DNA of 63,276 bases, counting the filler, from Globobulimina sp. (taxonomy: Eukaryota), in NCBI GenBank assembly GCA_003354225.1. It is 52 parts of 52 records of this genome, joined end to end, with 100 filler letters (N's around TTAATTAATTAA, not from the genome) between each part and the next. Parts side by side here need not be neighbours in the genome. Positions count along the whole stretch, not along the records: positions 10,981 to 12,100 come from PIVH01023007.1; positions 12,201 to 13,320 come from PIVH01023008.1; positions 13,421 to 14,540 come from PIVH01023009.1; positions 14,641 to 15,759 come from PIVH01023010.1; positions 15,860 to 16,978 come from PIVH01023011.1; positions 17,079 to 18,197 come from PIVH01023012.1; positions 18,298 to 19,416 come from PIVH01023013.1; positions 19,517 to 20,635 come from PIVH01023014.1; 44 more parts are not named here. One strand, 5' to 3'. Positions 11,467 to 23,173 of this stretch are shown piece by piece. Position 1 is the stretch's first letter, and every line of letters begins with the position of its first letter. The notes beneath the pieces were generated by a model. That model had not been told where the DNA came from, did not search any database, and was given only the letters and a program-made list of their open reading frames with translations. The position numbers were made by a program, and so were the translations under genes.

Positions 11467-12742
11467 TCAGAAAATATTTGTTGATGAGTGGGAGTGGGAC
11501 TGTTTTTGAAAAGTGTTTGCAAGGCAGGCTGCAGCATTTTCAAATTGTCGATTTGAAAAAGTATTTTCTGACTTTGTAGTGGTTGTCTTGCGTACGCCCA
11601 CTTGTGAAGTTTTAAGTGTTTCGATATGTCATACACAGATCTCAAACCAACGCTATAATCCAGTCTGCTTATCACCTATACATTGATATAATTAAAAACA
11701 GATGCAGTAAATAAATACATATATAATGAAAAATATATTTCAAAACGCATTACAAAATCATTGATCCTGCAGCAATATCATTAGTATTTACCATAGCAAT
11801 TAAAGAGATTGGATGTTTGTTATACAATAAATTCATGCTCGACATTGGGCATTTATTAAATGTCGGGAATTTAATGTTACCACTTACCATAATACTTTAA
11901 TGTATTATTTTGTGGGTAAAATGGTATTTTGGTAAAATGAGTAAAAATTGAATTATTACATTTTCAGTTTTTATAACAACAAGTTGTTTTTTTTTTGTAT
12001 ATGAAATTTCAAATATAACTTTTTTTTTTATTTTTTTTGTCATCCATAAAAATCATCAACGCCTTCATTTTTGCATTCATCACTGCCTTTTATGGATGAC
12101 NNNNNNNNNNNNNNNNNNNNNNNNNNNNNNNNNNNNNNNNNNNNTTAATTAATTAANNNNNNNNNNNNNNNNNNNNNNNNNNNNNNNNNNNNNNNNNNNN
12201 TATGTGGAACTGCTACCATTGGTGACTTATTTGCTATAGTTTGTAATTCCATTTGGGTGTAGATGCATTACTGATGAAACACATTTACGTGGCAAAACCT
12301 AAAAGGCACCAGACATAATCTCAACCGCACTGTATAAATCAGATTTCCGTGCAATGTGGGACCTTGGGACCGCGGGAGATCTAGGTCAAAGGTCACCAAA
12401 AACGCGATTTTTCGTTGTTTTTTGAAAAAATTATCTGTTTTTTGAGCAAATTTTGTCAGTAATCGGTGTTTTTCGGTGTTTTTCTGCAATTTTCAGAGAT
12501 TTTAAATCTCTGCATGACCTACTGACCTAGTTTCGTGTATAATCTCGTAAAATAAGCAATTTTATTGAAAAAAGAGAGATTTTAAATCTCTGACACAAAA
12601 TTCAGTGATTACTGCTCGCGCGCAGTAATCGGTACTTATTAAGATTAGACATTTGTAAAGCATAAATCAGACATTTGTAAAGCAACACAGTAATTGGGCA
12701 GCAATCAGAGTAATTGTACGTGGAGATTTGTATTTCGGCATT

Positions 12743-13140
12743 TCAGAGATTTTAAATCTCTATTTCCGGTCAAATCACACTAATTCGGGCAAATCAGAGA
12801 TTTTAAATCTCTATTTCCGGTCAAATCAGAGCTTTAAAATCTATATTTCCGCTCAAATCAGAGATTTTAAATCTCTATTTCCGGTCAAATCAGAGATTTT
12901 AAATTTTTTAAATCTCTATTTCCGGTCAAATCAGAGATTTTAAATCTCTATTTCCGGTCAAATCAGAGATTTTAAATCTCTATTTCCGGTCAAATCAGAG
13001 ATTTTAAATCTACATTTCCGGGCAAATCAGTGATTTTAAATCTCTATTTCCGGTCAAATCAGAGATTTTAAATCACTAATTCCGGGCAAATCAGAGATTT
13101 TAAATCTCTATTTCCGGATAAATCAGAGATTTTAAATCTG
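12743..13140. repeat. Minisatellite, ~12 copies of a 32-bp unit with palindromic core
   Basis: Unit TCAGAGATTTTAAATCTCTATTTCCGGTCAAA; core AGAGATTT-T-AAATCTCT; isolated cores near 12495 and 12575. Confidence 0.95.
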
Positions 13141-13699
13141 GCTTTGTCCACTGGACCGACCAGTTGAGTTTCCTTGACTTTCTCTATCATAATTTTATGT
13201 ATTGCTTATCTTATATTTATCAATTATCAACCAACTTCAACTAAACTGTGTTGTTATACGAAATTTTTGGCATATTTTTTATGAAGGTATGTATTAAATA
13301 CACTTATTTATAGAAGTTGTNNNNNNNNNNNNNNNNNNNNNNNNNNNNNNNNNNNNNNNNNNNNTTAATTAATTAANNNNNNNNNNNNNNNNNNNNNNNN
13401 NNNNNNNNNNNNNNNNNNNNTGCAAAGAGTATAAATTAATGTTTCATGTTTATAACAACTAAAATCTAGAACGACTGCAGTTATTTAACAATTATGCAAG
13501 GGAGGTTTTTCAAAACATTGATCCCTTTTAGATTAGATTTAATTTAACATAAACATGTGTAAAAAACACAATGTTTAGCAATGGTGTGTACACAACACAA
13601 AAAAGAAAAAAACCACAAAGGAAATAAATATATGTAACAAGATAACAAAAATAAAAGAATCAACTTTGGACACTCAGTCCTCAACACTCACTTAGATAT

Positions 13700-14540
13700 T
13701 TAATACCTTTTATTCAATTTAATATATAAACCATTTGCCATATTCAAAATAACTCCAATTTTTATTTCAAGTTTATCCTTTTGATTAACCATTTTAAATG
13801 TAAAATTTTTAAGAAAATAATATGCAAATTCTTTTGCTTCGATGATTGCAAATTGTTTTCCTAAACACATTCTAGGATTAATATTAAAAAATGGATATTT
13901 AAATTGATCAAATTGTTTTACTCCTTTTTCAATAAACCGCAATGGATCAAATTGTAATGGATTTCCCCAAATCAATGGATTACGACCATACGAATATGTA
14001 TGCACAAGCACACCATCTCCTTTTCGAAATATATGTTGTTTTCCATTATTACTACAAATATTTAATGGTATTTTAACATCTTTTATTGCCGTTCTCGCCA
14101 AATACGGTACACTCGGATTTACTGCACACAACATACAGTATACAATTGATACATTTATGATTATGATTATCTAAACAAATGAAAACATAAACTAAACATC
14201 TCAATGTTTCACACAATGCAGCTTCCAAATATTTAAATTTTGTAACAAAATCATTATAATTTGGTTCTTGACCATCAGCAAAACTGTCAATTTCTTGATA
14301 GATTTTATTTTTAATTTGCTCATTATGCTCTTTTGTCAATTCGTGAATAAACCAACTTAGTAACATCCGCGTGGTATCACGCCCAGCAATGATAAAATTC
14401 ATCGCAACATCTTTCAATTCGTTTGTAGTTAAACTTGGATCAAACTTTAAGAATAATGATAATATGTCGTACGAACCTGCGCCAGTCTCATCTGTTATTT
14501 TATGGGTTTTATTGTGTTTCTGTTGTTTAACTATATCATC
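13700..14540 (-). CDS. Cytochrome P450 (CYP86/704-like), C-terminal part, one intron
   Basis: AGRDTT, ETLR/LNPSVP across intron 14122-14197, FDPLRF, heme motif FNINPRMCLG. Confidence 0.93.
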
Positions 14541-14663
14541 NNNNNNNNNNNNNNNNNNNNNNNNNNNNNNNNNNNNNNNNNNNNTTAATTAATTAANNNN
14601 NNNNNNNNNNNNNNNNNNNNNNNNNNNNNNNNNNNNNNNNTTAAAAAACAAAAGAATGATGAA

Positions 14664-15275
14664 ATGAATCCCATAATTCCCATTGATGATAGATATAAAT
14701 CATCATTACATCATGTAACATATAAACAAATCCTATCAAAACAGAAACCTGTACAGCTGGAACATGATGAGAGTGAGAGTGAGAGTGAGAGTTCACGACT
14801 AGTACTGTCATTATTTGATGACAGTGATTCTGACTCAGAAAAGACAGAAACAAATGTCAATGTTTCTGAAGTCAATATTTTATTCAAACAGCCTTATAAA
14901 TATTGTGGGAGATCTAATATTCATTTGGCTGATGCTGTGGAAAGGAATAGGAGATGGTGGGGAAATGTTAAATATATACAGGGGAAAAGGAAAAGAAAAT
15001 ATAAATTAAATGATAGAGTATCGGTGAAAATGTGGGGAAATCATTGGGTGAAAGCTACAATTATTGCAATGGTATTCGGTGAAGTTAAAGTAAAATATGA
15101 TCATTATAGTGCTTATCCAGAGGAATGGATTAAAAAATGTGACTATAAATCAAAACTGCGATTGTGTGATGTTTCTACACCAATTGGCAATAAGTCACAA
15201 CATCGTGATGTTTATTCAAGAAAAAGAAAAGCATATTCTAAAACAATAAGTTATTTCAAACCAAATAGCAGGTGA
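14664..15275 (+). CDS. Tudor/Agenet-like domain protein
   Basis: YKLNDRVSV...WVKATII...VKVKYDHYSAYPEEWI. Confidence 0.6.
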   Translation: MNPIIPIDDRYKSSLHHVTYKQILSKQKPVQLEHDESESESESSRLVLSLFDDSDSDSEKTETNVNVSEVNILFKQPYKYCGRSNIHLADAVERNRRWWGNVKYIQGKRKRKYKLNDRVSVKMWGNHWVKATIIAMVFGEVKVKYDHYSAYPEEWIKKCDYKSKLRLCDVSTPIGNKSQHRDVYSRKRKAYSKTISYFKPNSR

Positions 15276-15441
15276 ATTGATCGTAAAATCGACGTAAATT
15301 AGTATAATTATTACGTTTTGAAATAATTATGCTATGTTAATGTTGCTGTCGTTTTCAATGAATAGAGTGGCTCTAATTTAGCATTCAACTGCTTTTTAAA
15401 TATAAGATGGTTATAACCATCTTTTCAAAACAAAAAATAGG

Positions 15442-15759
15442 TCAATAATTTTTAAGCATGTCTGTTAATGTGCTCTTAAATGTTTGTAAGTCATATTTTT
15501 GATCAGTTTTGACAGTTTCAACAATCCCCATTGCCATTAATGAATCATTTATCTTTTTTCCGATGACAATGCCTTGATCAATCACAGGATTCTCTAACAT
15601 TTTAAACATTGTTTCCAACTCATCACCGTTTAATAATGGTTTTGATTCTAAATTTTTTTCATTTCTTATTTGTTCAACAATAAATCTTTTAACGTTAACA
15701 GGTTGGTGTAATAACAACAAAACTAGTATACGCTTGAATAATTTGTTAATGTTATGATC
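15442..15759 (-). CDS. EFCAB10-like protein (docking-type N-terminus plus degenerate EF-hand), partial
   Basis: HNINKLFKRILVLLLLHQPVNVKRFIVEQI...DELETMFKML. Confidence 0.5.
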   Translation of the reverse strand, partial: DHNINKLFKRILVLLLLHQPVNVKRFIVEQIRNEKNLESKPLLNGDELETMFKMLENPVIDQGIVIGKKINDSLMAMGIVETVKTDQKYDLQTFKSTLTDMLKNY

Positions 15760-15859
15760 NNNNNNNNNNNNNNNNNNNNNNNNNNNNNNNNNNNNNNNNN
15801 NNNTTAATTAATTAANNNNNNNNNNNNNNNNNNNNNNNNNNNNNNNNNNNNNNNNNNNN

Positions 15860-16443
15860 GGGAGGTCTATGCATTCCAACAGAGTCAACCGATCCATTTT
15901 TAATATCCAATGGTAGCTTATTATATGTTTCATAACAATTCATAAACAATGTGTGGCCTATTTCGTCCTTTCCTCATCACTGTTGCTCATATTATTTAAT
16001 TCAACCGCATGCAAAACAGCTATAGTTCCAATATGCTCATCTTCCAAATAACTTAAGTCAGCATGCCATGGAATATAATCACAGCCCAAATGATTTCCAA
16101 ATTTATCCACATTTGAGATAAAAAATATTTCGGGAGACTCTGGATTATACACTGAATTCTTCCGGGTGTGAGGTTTTGGCGCACCAAATATTTTTGTAAA
16201 TTCAACCTGAGCGCGGTCAGTTAATATCTCACTCTCAGTGTTTCGGAATATTAACATTTGATGTTGCAATAAAAGTTGATTTAAATCGTTTTTTGTCTGT
16301 GAATTGACAGGTTCTGCAAAATCAAAATCATATATGTATGCACCCAATGCAGAGCCAGTTGGAACACATGATAAAGATCTGCTTAATGAGCCAAGTATGT
16401 TGATGCAATGTCTGTACTTATTTAAACGTTTCACCATTGCCAT
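15860..16443 (-). CDS. TauD/TfdA 2-oxoglutarate dioxygenase (partial; frame break near 15960-15980)
   Basis: ALGAYI, LIFRN, WHADLSY (HxD), LHAVE; continues as GHTLFMNCYETYNKLP in another frame. Confidence 0.88.
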
Positions 16444-16555
16444 CTTGTAAATATAAGGAAAAAAAAACATGTAAGTACAAAACCCCAAACAAATCCACTT
16501 ATTTTTAACCATTGTCGTTCATTTCAAGCTAGATACCTTACATTTAACCCATATA

Positions 16556-16978
16556 ATGGCTAAAGATATTGAATATTCTGAAAAATATTGTGATGACTGC
16601 TTTGAATACAGGTTTGTTTTAATGTTCTTCATTATTTTCATCGAGCGGAAAAATACCTTCTTATACAAAAAAAAGACATGTAATTTTACCAAAATCACTT
16701 AAATCGGAAGTATCACGAACTCGCCTAATGTCTGAACAAGAATGGAGAGCAATTGGAGTGACACAATCTCGCGGATGGATGCATTATATGATACATAGTC
16801 CAGGTTCGAAATTGTTCAGATCCGTTGCACAAATTTGGCGAATATCATTGTTTGCAAACTAAAAATAACAATATATCTATACACAGAACCACACATTTTA
16901 TTGTTCCGTCGCCCAGTTCGGACGGACCCGCGAACAGGAAAAGCACCCTCAAATTGGGACGCACCGACAGATCTAACT
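16556..16978 (+). CDS. CKS1: Cyclin-dependent kinase regulatory subunit; three exons, mostly missed by the ORF track
   Basis: Spliced [25 protein letters not shown]...[36 protein letters not shown]; introns 16612-16675 and 16804-16886. Confidence 0.96.
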
Positions 16979-17078
16979 NNNNNNNNNNNNNNNNNNNNNN
17001 NNNNNNNNNNNNNNNNNNNNNNTTAATTAATTAANNNNNNNNNNNNNNNNNNNNNNNNNNNNNNNNNNNNNNNNNNNN

Positions 17079-18197
17079 CAAACGTCCAAACTCGCCGATA
17101 TTTGCGCCATTTATGATCAACGTAGTATGCAACTTATTAAATAATTCAGCTCTGATCCAATACCAAGACTCGCTCGACGTAGAAGCATACATAGCGAATT
17201 GGGGCGGTGGTTTAAAAAAATTACAAGAATGTTACCCGTTATGGGATAAACGAGTGAGTGATGCCTGTAAAATTGCACCATGTGGCCATATAATATGGAA
17301 AAAATTTGTAGACGCACATAAGATACCAAACAGAGAGTCTTTGAATCCAGTTAAAGTGTTACAGGCTCTATTAACACATTGGTGTGATACCGCCAACGAG
17401 CAACATACCTATGGACCTTATCCAACACCGTTTGAACAACAAGAATTCCAAAACCTTGTTGTATTGCCAATGGGTTATATTGCCGAAGCTATCACGGAGC
17501 TAACATTCGAACCTTGTTTCAGTGCCAACCAACTGGACATACGCACATTTATTGGACAACAACAACAGCAACAAAAGCAAGAAAGAAGTTTTGTACATGT
17601 TCTCTGTTTTTCTTATCCTTGCACTTTGTCATCAAATATTTATATTAATTATATACAGTGGAAGAAGATGGAAAGGACGAATATAAAGCAAATAAAATGG
17701 TAAATGATGATCCATTTAATTATAATGCAAATAGAGAGTGGAATTACAATGCAAATCAAAAGCAAATCAAATGGCAGAATTTTGATGGACACAAAGAAGA
17801 AAAAAAACAAAGTATGCTGGATACAACAAATAATGGCATATTATATTATCAATCTGCATATTATACCGATGAACAATGTATTAACATTTCTCATCATTTT
17901 ATGTATAACAAACAAAATGCTCCAAAATTGTTATTTGGAGATAATAATGTCGATAAAAATAGACGTTTGAGTGAAAATAGATTATATTTTGGCGGCCAAG
18001 CCCAGGATTTGGGCAGATTTGATCGGTGGTTTGGATATGGGATTACAACCACATGGAAAGAGAAAATGAATGAAAACAGTTCCTATTTCCAAGGCTCTGG
18101 CTCTCCGAATAGAAATCTTAACGACGGAAAAAAGCCTGATTTTAACGGGTTTCAACAACTCATGAATCAACAGTTTAAGGTATCTCACTCTGTCACT
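17079..18197 (+). CDS. Hypothetical spliced protein (partial)
   Basis: Two long overlapping ORFs separated by an AT-rich stretch ending ATACAG near 17658. Confidence 0.5.
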
Positions 18198-18477
18198 NNN
18201 NNNNNNNNNNNNNNNNNNNNNNNNNNNNNNNNNNNNNNNNNTTAATTAATTAANNNNNNNNNNNNNNNNNNNNNNNNNNNNNNNNNNNNNNNNNNNNGAG
18301 CAGTATGCAAATTTATGATACAATAATTTAGAATTTAACAAAACTATTTTTTCATCGTACATACATATTATAACAGTTAGTTAGTCATCAAAGAAAAGAT
18401 TTTTTTTAATCGAAACAATATACTGTACGTAATTCAATAAAACCATTACAAACTATCGACAAGAACGTTAAAAAGCG

Positions 18478-18654
18478 ACAACATTGTATGTAGCTTTCTT
18501 TAGTCAATACAAAATTCCAAAAAATGGAATAATCATTTTGTAATGACTATTTTTACACCATAGAAAGCTACAACATTGTATGTAGCTTTCTTTAGTCAAT
18601 ACAAAATTCCAAAAAATGGAATAATCATTTTGTAATAACTTTTTTTACACCATA
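18478..18654. repeat. ~85-bp near-tandem duplication
   Basis: ACAACATTGTATGTAGCTTTC...TACACCATA at 18478-18562 and 18570-18654. Confidence 0.92.
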
Positions 18655-18769
18655 CTTGTTGACGAAAAAAACAAAAACAAAACATAAACATAAACATAAT
18701 AAACGTTAAACCATACTTAGATAGGTACTTAAAATCACAATATAATAACACATTTATTTATCGAACTTT

Positions 18770-19416
18770 TTATTTCTTTGTTGGTGGACCCATACTCTCT
18801 GGTCCTAAACTACACAATGGATTGCCATCTATCGATGACCACCATGTTTGTTCAGTAAATATTTTGGCCGAATTTTCTCGATCGTATTCAACTTCATCCG
18901 ACCACAATTCCTTTTCATACCACATGTCTGGTTCTGGATCAAAACTGACTTTTTTGACTGATCGACTACTGTAGACACGTTCATTTGGTAACAGCTCCCA
19001 TCTTAGATTACCCTCTACAATCATTTTCTGTCTCTGCGCTCGTAATTGTTTCTCAGACATTAATTTAGGCACAACAACTGAAAATATGAATTGCATATAA
19101 ATATCATGTTTATTAATGAAATCGAAATTCATTACAGAAAAACTCACTATCAGAAATTTCGGTCTCCTGAATCTCCAAACTAGTATTCTCATTGACCCAT
19201 AATTGCGATTTTGCCAAACCATCCACTTCATCAGAATTACTTTTACTCATTATAATAAAATTCACTTCGTCTTCATCACTTGGCAAAGACAATGTACTGG
19301 CTATACTGTTGTCATCATCATCATCCATCAAATCCTTTTTCCCTTCTTCTGATATTTGCTTAATAATTTCCTTCGTGTACTGACTGAAATAGCGATTTTT
19401 ATCACAACAAATTCCT
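18770..19416 (-). CDS. Hypothetical acidic protein, C-terminal exons
   Basis: ORFs 19113-19331 and 18770-19231 can be joined by a GTGAG...TTTCAG intron (~19079-19147). Confidence 0.45.
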
Positions 19417-19516
19417 NNNNNNNNNNNNNNNNNNNNNNNNNNNNNNNNNNNNNNNNNNNNTTAATTAATTAANNNNNNNNNNNNNNNNNNNNNNNNNNNN
19501 NNNNNNNNNNNNNNNN

Positions 19517-20635
19517 GATGTAGCCACAATTATTAATCACGTAATAAATTCGGACAAAATGAATCGTCCATCATGCTCTAATTGGTGTGTAAAATATAAC
19601 TATGAATATGATGAAAACAGTGATAATTTTGATATTAAATCTAAATCATTGGATTATGATTTATTTTGGAGCTGCAGTTTATATTTTTGTTTGTTCAAAA
19701 CATGTGGGATTCTTAACTATGATGATGATTTTAAACAAATTCTGAATCCAAATACCAATATATTTAAAAATCTGAGTAATAAATCTGAGAATTGTGAGAT
19801 GAAAAACCAATCGTTTTATCACAATGAGAATGATGTATTTGTACCTAAAGTAGGAAAAGATGGTTGCAGACATCATATTTGTACACGTTGGTGTCAACAA
19901 GATAAAGTTTTGTGTTTATATAATGACTGACTGACTGACACAGACTCAAATCATGGAATGGATGCACACAATGCTAAGTCACGGTGTCAAGCCATGGGAT
20001 TTTGATGAAGCAGATGCGTTATGGGATGGATTACATCCTGATCCTGATGAAATGGATACAGATGAATTAAAGAATTATGATCCAGACAGTTACTTTGATA
20101 CTCACGAAATTCCGAAATTACGAGCAAAGCCATTCAACATAAACGACGATTTTGATCAAATATTATCACAAAGAAGAAATGCATTAATTAATATGGGAGT
20201 TATTACATTAAAATTATCAAACTTGATAAGTGCAAATGCATCAACTAATAAATCACAAAATGATGACGCAATTTCTATTTTAAATTCCGATGAGATAAAA
20301 AAATCAATTGAAAAACACAAATTAAAGGAACCAAAGGAACAGTCTCCGAAATTTAAATCAAAACCCAAAGATAATTCCGATGATGCGGCAAATGACTCAT
20401 TTACATGGATTGATGAAAGGCAGTATCCACACCTTCATTTTTGTGATTCTTATCCATTAAAATGTAAATGGATTGATATTAATAATAATATTCATTTTGA
20501 ATATTTTCAATTGTATGATGTAGCCACAATTATTAATCACGTAATAAATTCGGACAAAATGAATCGTCCATCATGCTCTAATTGGTGTGTAAAATATAAC
20601 TATGAATATGATGAAAACAGTGATAATTTTGATAT
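19517..20635. repeat. Self-closing contig: 1000-bp unit with 119-nt terminal direct repeat
   Basis: 19517-19635 identical to 20517-20635. Confidence 0.96.
19953..20635 (+). CDS. Hypothetical protein wrapping across the circular junction (325 aa unspliced, stop at 19928-19930)
   Basis: Frame continues in phase from 20516 into 19517-19930. Confidence 0.7.
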
Positions 20636-20735
20636 NNNNNNNNNNNNNNNNNNNNNNNNNNNNNNNNNNNNNNNNNNNNTTAATTAATTAANNNNNNNNN
20701 NNNNNNNNNNNNNNNNNNNNNNNNNNNNNNNNNNN

Positions 20736-21396
20736 TTTTCTCCTCTCTTGAATATGCTGGACATAATATAAATTTATCATTGCTATATTTTTTATGATTC
20801 GATGCTTTAATATGAACCTTTATATGAATAATATGAGTCTCATTTTCAATGAGTTTGGCATTGGTAGTATAAATTGGTAATTGTTGTCTAACATATTTCA
20901 TCCAGTCAAGACATTTCCGCGTGTCACCATTCATACATACAAAATGTCGCTTTGATCTCTGCGATACATTTACAATATAAAAGCCACAAATACCTTGTGT
21001 CAGTTGTGTGTAGATCAATTTATAAAATGACTTTAAATCGATGACTTCAGTTGGTTCATTTGAATGTCTGTCTGCAAAAGTTTTAAATGAATACAAACAA
21101 TGTTCTTTCACCACAATCCATCGTTTTCTAAGTTTTTTCAAATGCAATGATTCCTTTCGTAAATATCCTTGATGTACAATTCCATTCTCATCGTTATATG
21201 CTTGTTCGTACTCAGTTTCTGAGATTATTTCGATGCAACCGACATATTTTAAACATATTTCAACCACTTCTGGCGGATTCAAAAAATCTTTCATGAAGCC
21301 ATAAACCAAATGGCGTTTTCTTTGAGATGTGTCTAATGGATGTACCAAATCATTTTTTTCATGATCGTAATCACCACTGCTGAGACTATTGCCCAT
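20736..21396 (-). CDS. PH-domain protein with possible N-myristoylation signal (partial)
   Basis: HQGYLRKES...KRWIVVKEHCLYSFK...LDWMKYV; starts MGNSLS. Confidence 0.85.
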
Positions 21397-21620
21397 TATA
21401 TCCTCTATTCAAAAAAACAATTTTGGGTCGACTGCAGTTATATGACTTGTGAACAATGGCATTTCCGTTTATTAGGCATCAACGTTGTAGGTACAGACAA
21501 ATGTAACAAATTATTTGTCTTTCCTGAAACACAAAAAATCTGATTTCATTCAATGATAAATTATATAAATTGATAATACAAATATTTGTAAATATAAAAA
21601 AACATATTATTCGGTACCTA

Positions 21621-21854
21621 TTATTCATGTATAATCTCAATTGCCATTTCATACCATTTGTCTTTACCATGATCTAAATCCGATTCACCGATTAATTTAA
21701 ATCCGCAATCACCATAAAAAGATATTAAATGTTTTTTACAACACAACCGGATCGACAGCAATGATGAATTATAATTAGAACCAATCTCTTCTTTTACATA
21801 TAATTTCATCATCTTTGTTCCAAATCCATTTCTTCGATATTTATCATCAACGAC
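21621..21854 (-). CDS. GNAT acetyltransferase (AANAT/PAA1-like), C-terminus
   Basis: VDDKYRRNGFG (RxxGxG), LISFYGDCGF, HGKDKWYEM. Confidence 0.8.
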   Translation of the reverse strand, partial: VVDDKYRRNGFGTKMMKLYVKEEIGSNYNSSLLSIRLCCKKHLISFYGDCGFKLIGESDLDHGKDKWYEMAIEIIHE

Positions 21855-22832
21855 NNNNNNNNNNNNNNNNNNNNNNNNNNNNNNNNNNNNNNNNNNNNTT
21901 AATTAATTAANNNNNNNNNNNNNNNNNNNNNNNNNNNNNNNNNNNNNNNNNNNNATATGTCATATAAAGAGATTATTGGTGGCAGGAATTTATTGAAGAG
22001 TAGTTTGATAAATTTATTTCCAAATTTGGATCATATTGTTATTCAATGTACAAATAATAGGGGAGATTATTCATATCAATTTTCATTATGTGGTTTATTG
22101 GATATTTTAAGTGAAACAAGAAAAAGAAATAAAATAAAATGTTCATTATATGGCGTATGGAAGGATTGGAAAGAAGGGTGGGGAGATAGACGAAGTTGGT
22201 TATTTTTTGTATAAATATCCAAAAATTAAAATATCAATGCAACAAACAAGTGATTATTCTGGTGATAAGCAAGATTTATTAATTTTTGAGTGTGTGTGAT
22301 TGTTTGCATTTTAATTTTTGAATCCGAAAATAAAAAAAGCTCTGTCACCATGATCGATGGTGATGAATTACATGCAAATTTATGGCAAAAATATTAAAAT
22401 AACAAAACACAAAAATAAATGTTTTTTGGGAGAGGCCGAGGATTAGATTGAATAGAAACTAATTGTTTTCTGTTGTCGGTTAAAAATATATGTAATCCCA
22501 ACTTGTATATAAACTGTATAATGTTTAGCAGTAATACACTTGTGGGTTATCTTTTGGAATATATCGTTTAATTAAACACTTATATTCATACAATGCATGG
22601 AATCAAGTCAATTTAAGCTAAAACAATAACAAAGCAATCACAGAAATTGGTTGCAAGAACGCAAAAGTAATAAATAAATATAAACAAACTCTAGAAAACG
22701 AAACTCCTAAAATGTGAAAAACGAATAAAAAACAACCGTCCTGTTCTAGTCACAAAGGATACGATAGATTGCAATATTAATTTGCGGTGTTTCCATCTAA
22801 TACTACTTTGTGGAGAGCAATGTCTTCGATTC

Positions 22833-22985
22833 AATCTGAAAACAATTTGAGCCTCAGATCATTATATTGTGGGCAATGCATTGTTAAATGATCAACGTCT
22901 TCAATACCTCCGCAATGTCGACAACGTCCGCTACAAATTGCTGAACAGCATTTGAGATCACAATGAAAATATTGTATATGTAATA
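22833..22985 (-). pseudogene. Decayed non-LTR retrotransposon C-terminal zinc knuckle
   Basis: CRHCGGIEDVDHLTMHCPQYNDLR flanked by stops. Confidence 0.6.
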
Positions 22986-23173
22986 TGTCCTTTGTTTAGG
23001 TATCTATTGCGATTATAATGGCGCGGTTATTTACAAATTCGATCTCATTCTTCCTCATTAATATTCAAATAATNNNNNNNNNNNNNNNNNNNNNNNNNNN
23101 NNNNNNNNNNNNNNNNNTTAATTAATTAANNNNNNNNNNNNNNNNNNNNNNNNNNNNNNNNNNNNNNNNNNNN

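Noticed and set aside
12743-13140. CRISPR array
   Set aside because: Sequence between the palindromes is nearly identical rather than unique spacers, and no cas gene is present
19517-20635. Obelisk/viroid-like RNA or CRESS virus
   Set aside because: No rod-like self-complementarity or Rep motifs are evident by eye; composition matches the host; the 1 kb size follows from the contig length bin
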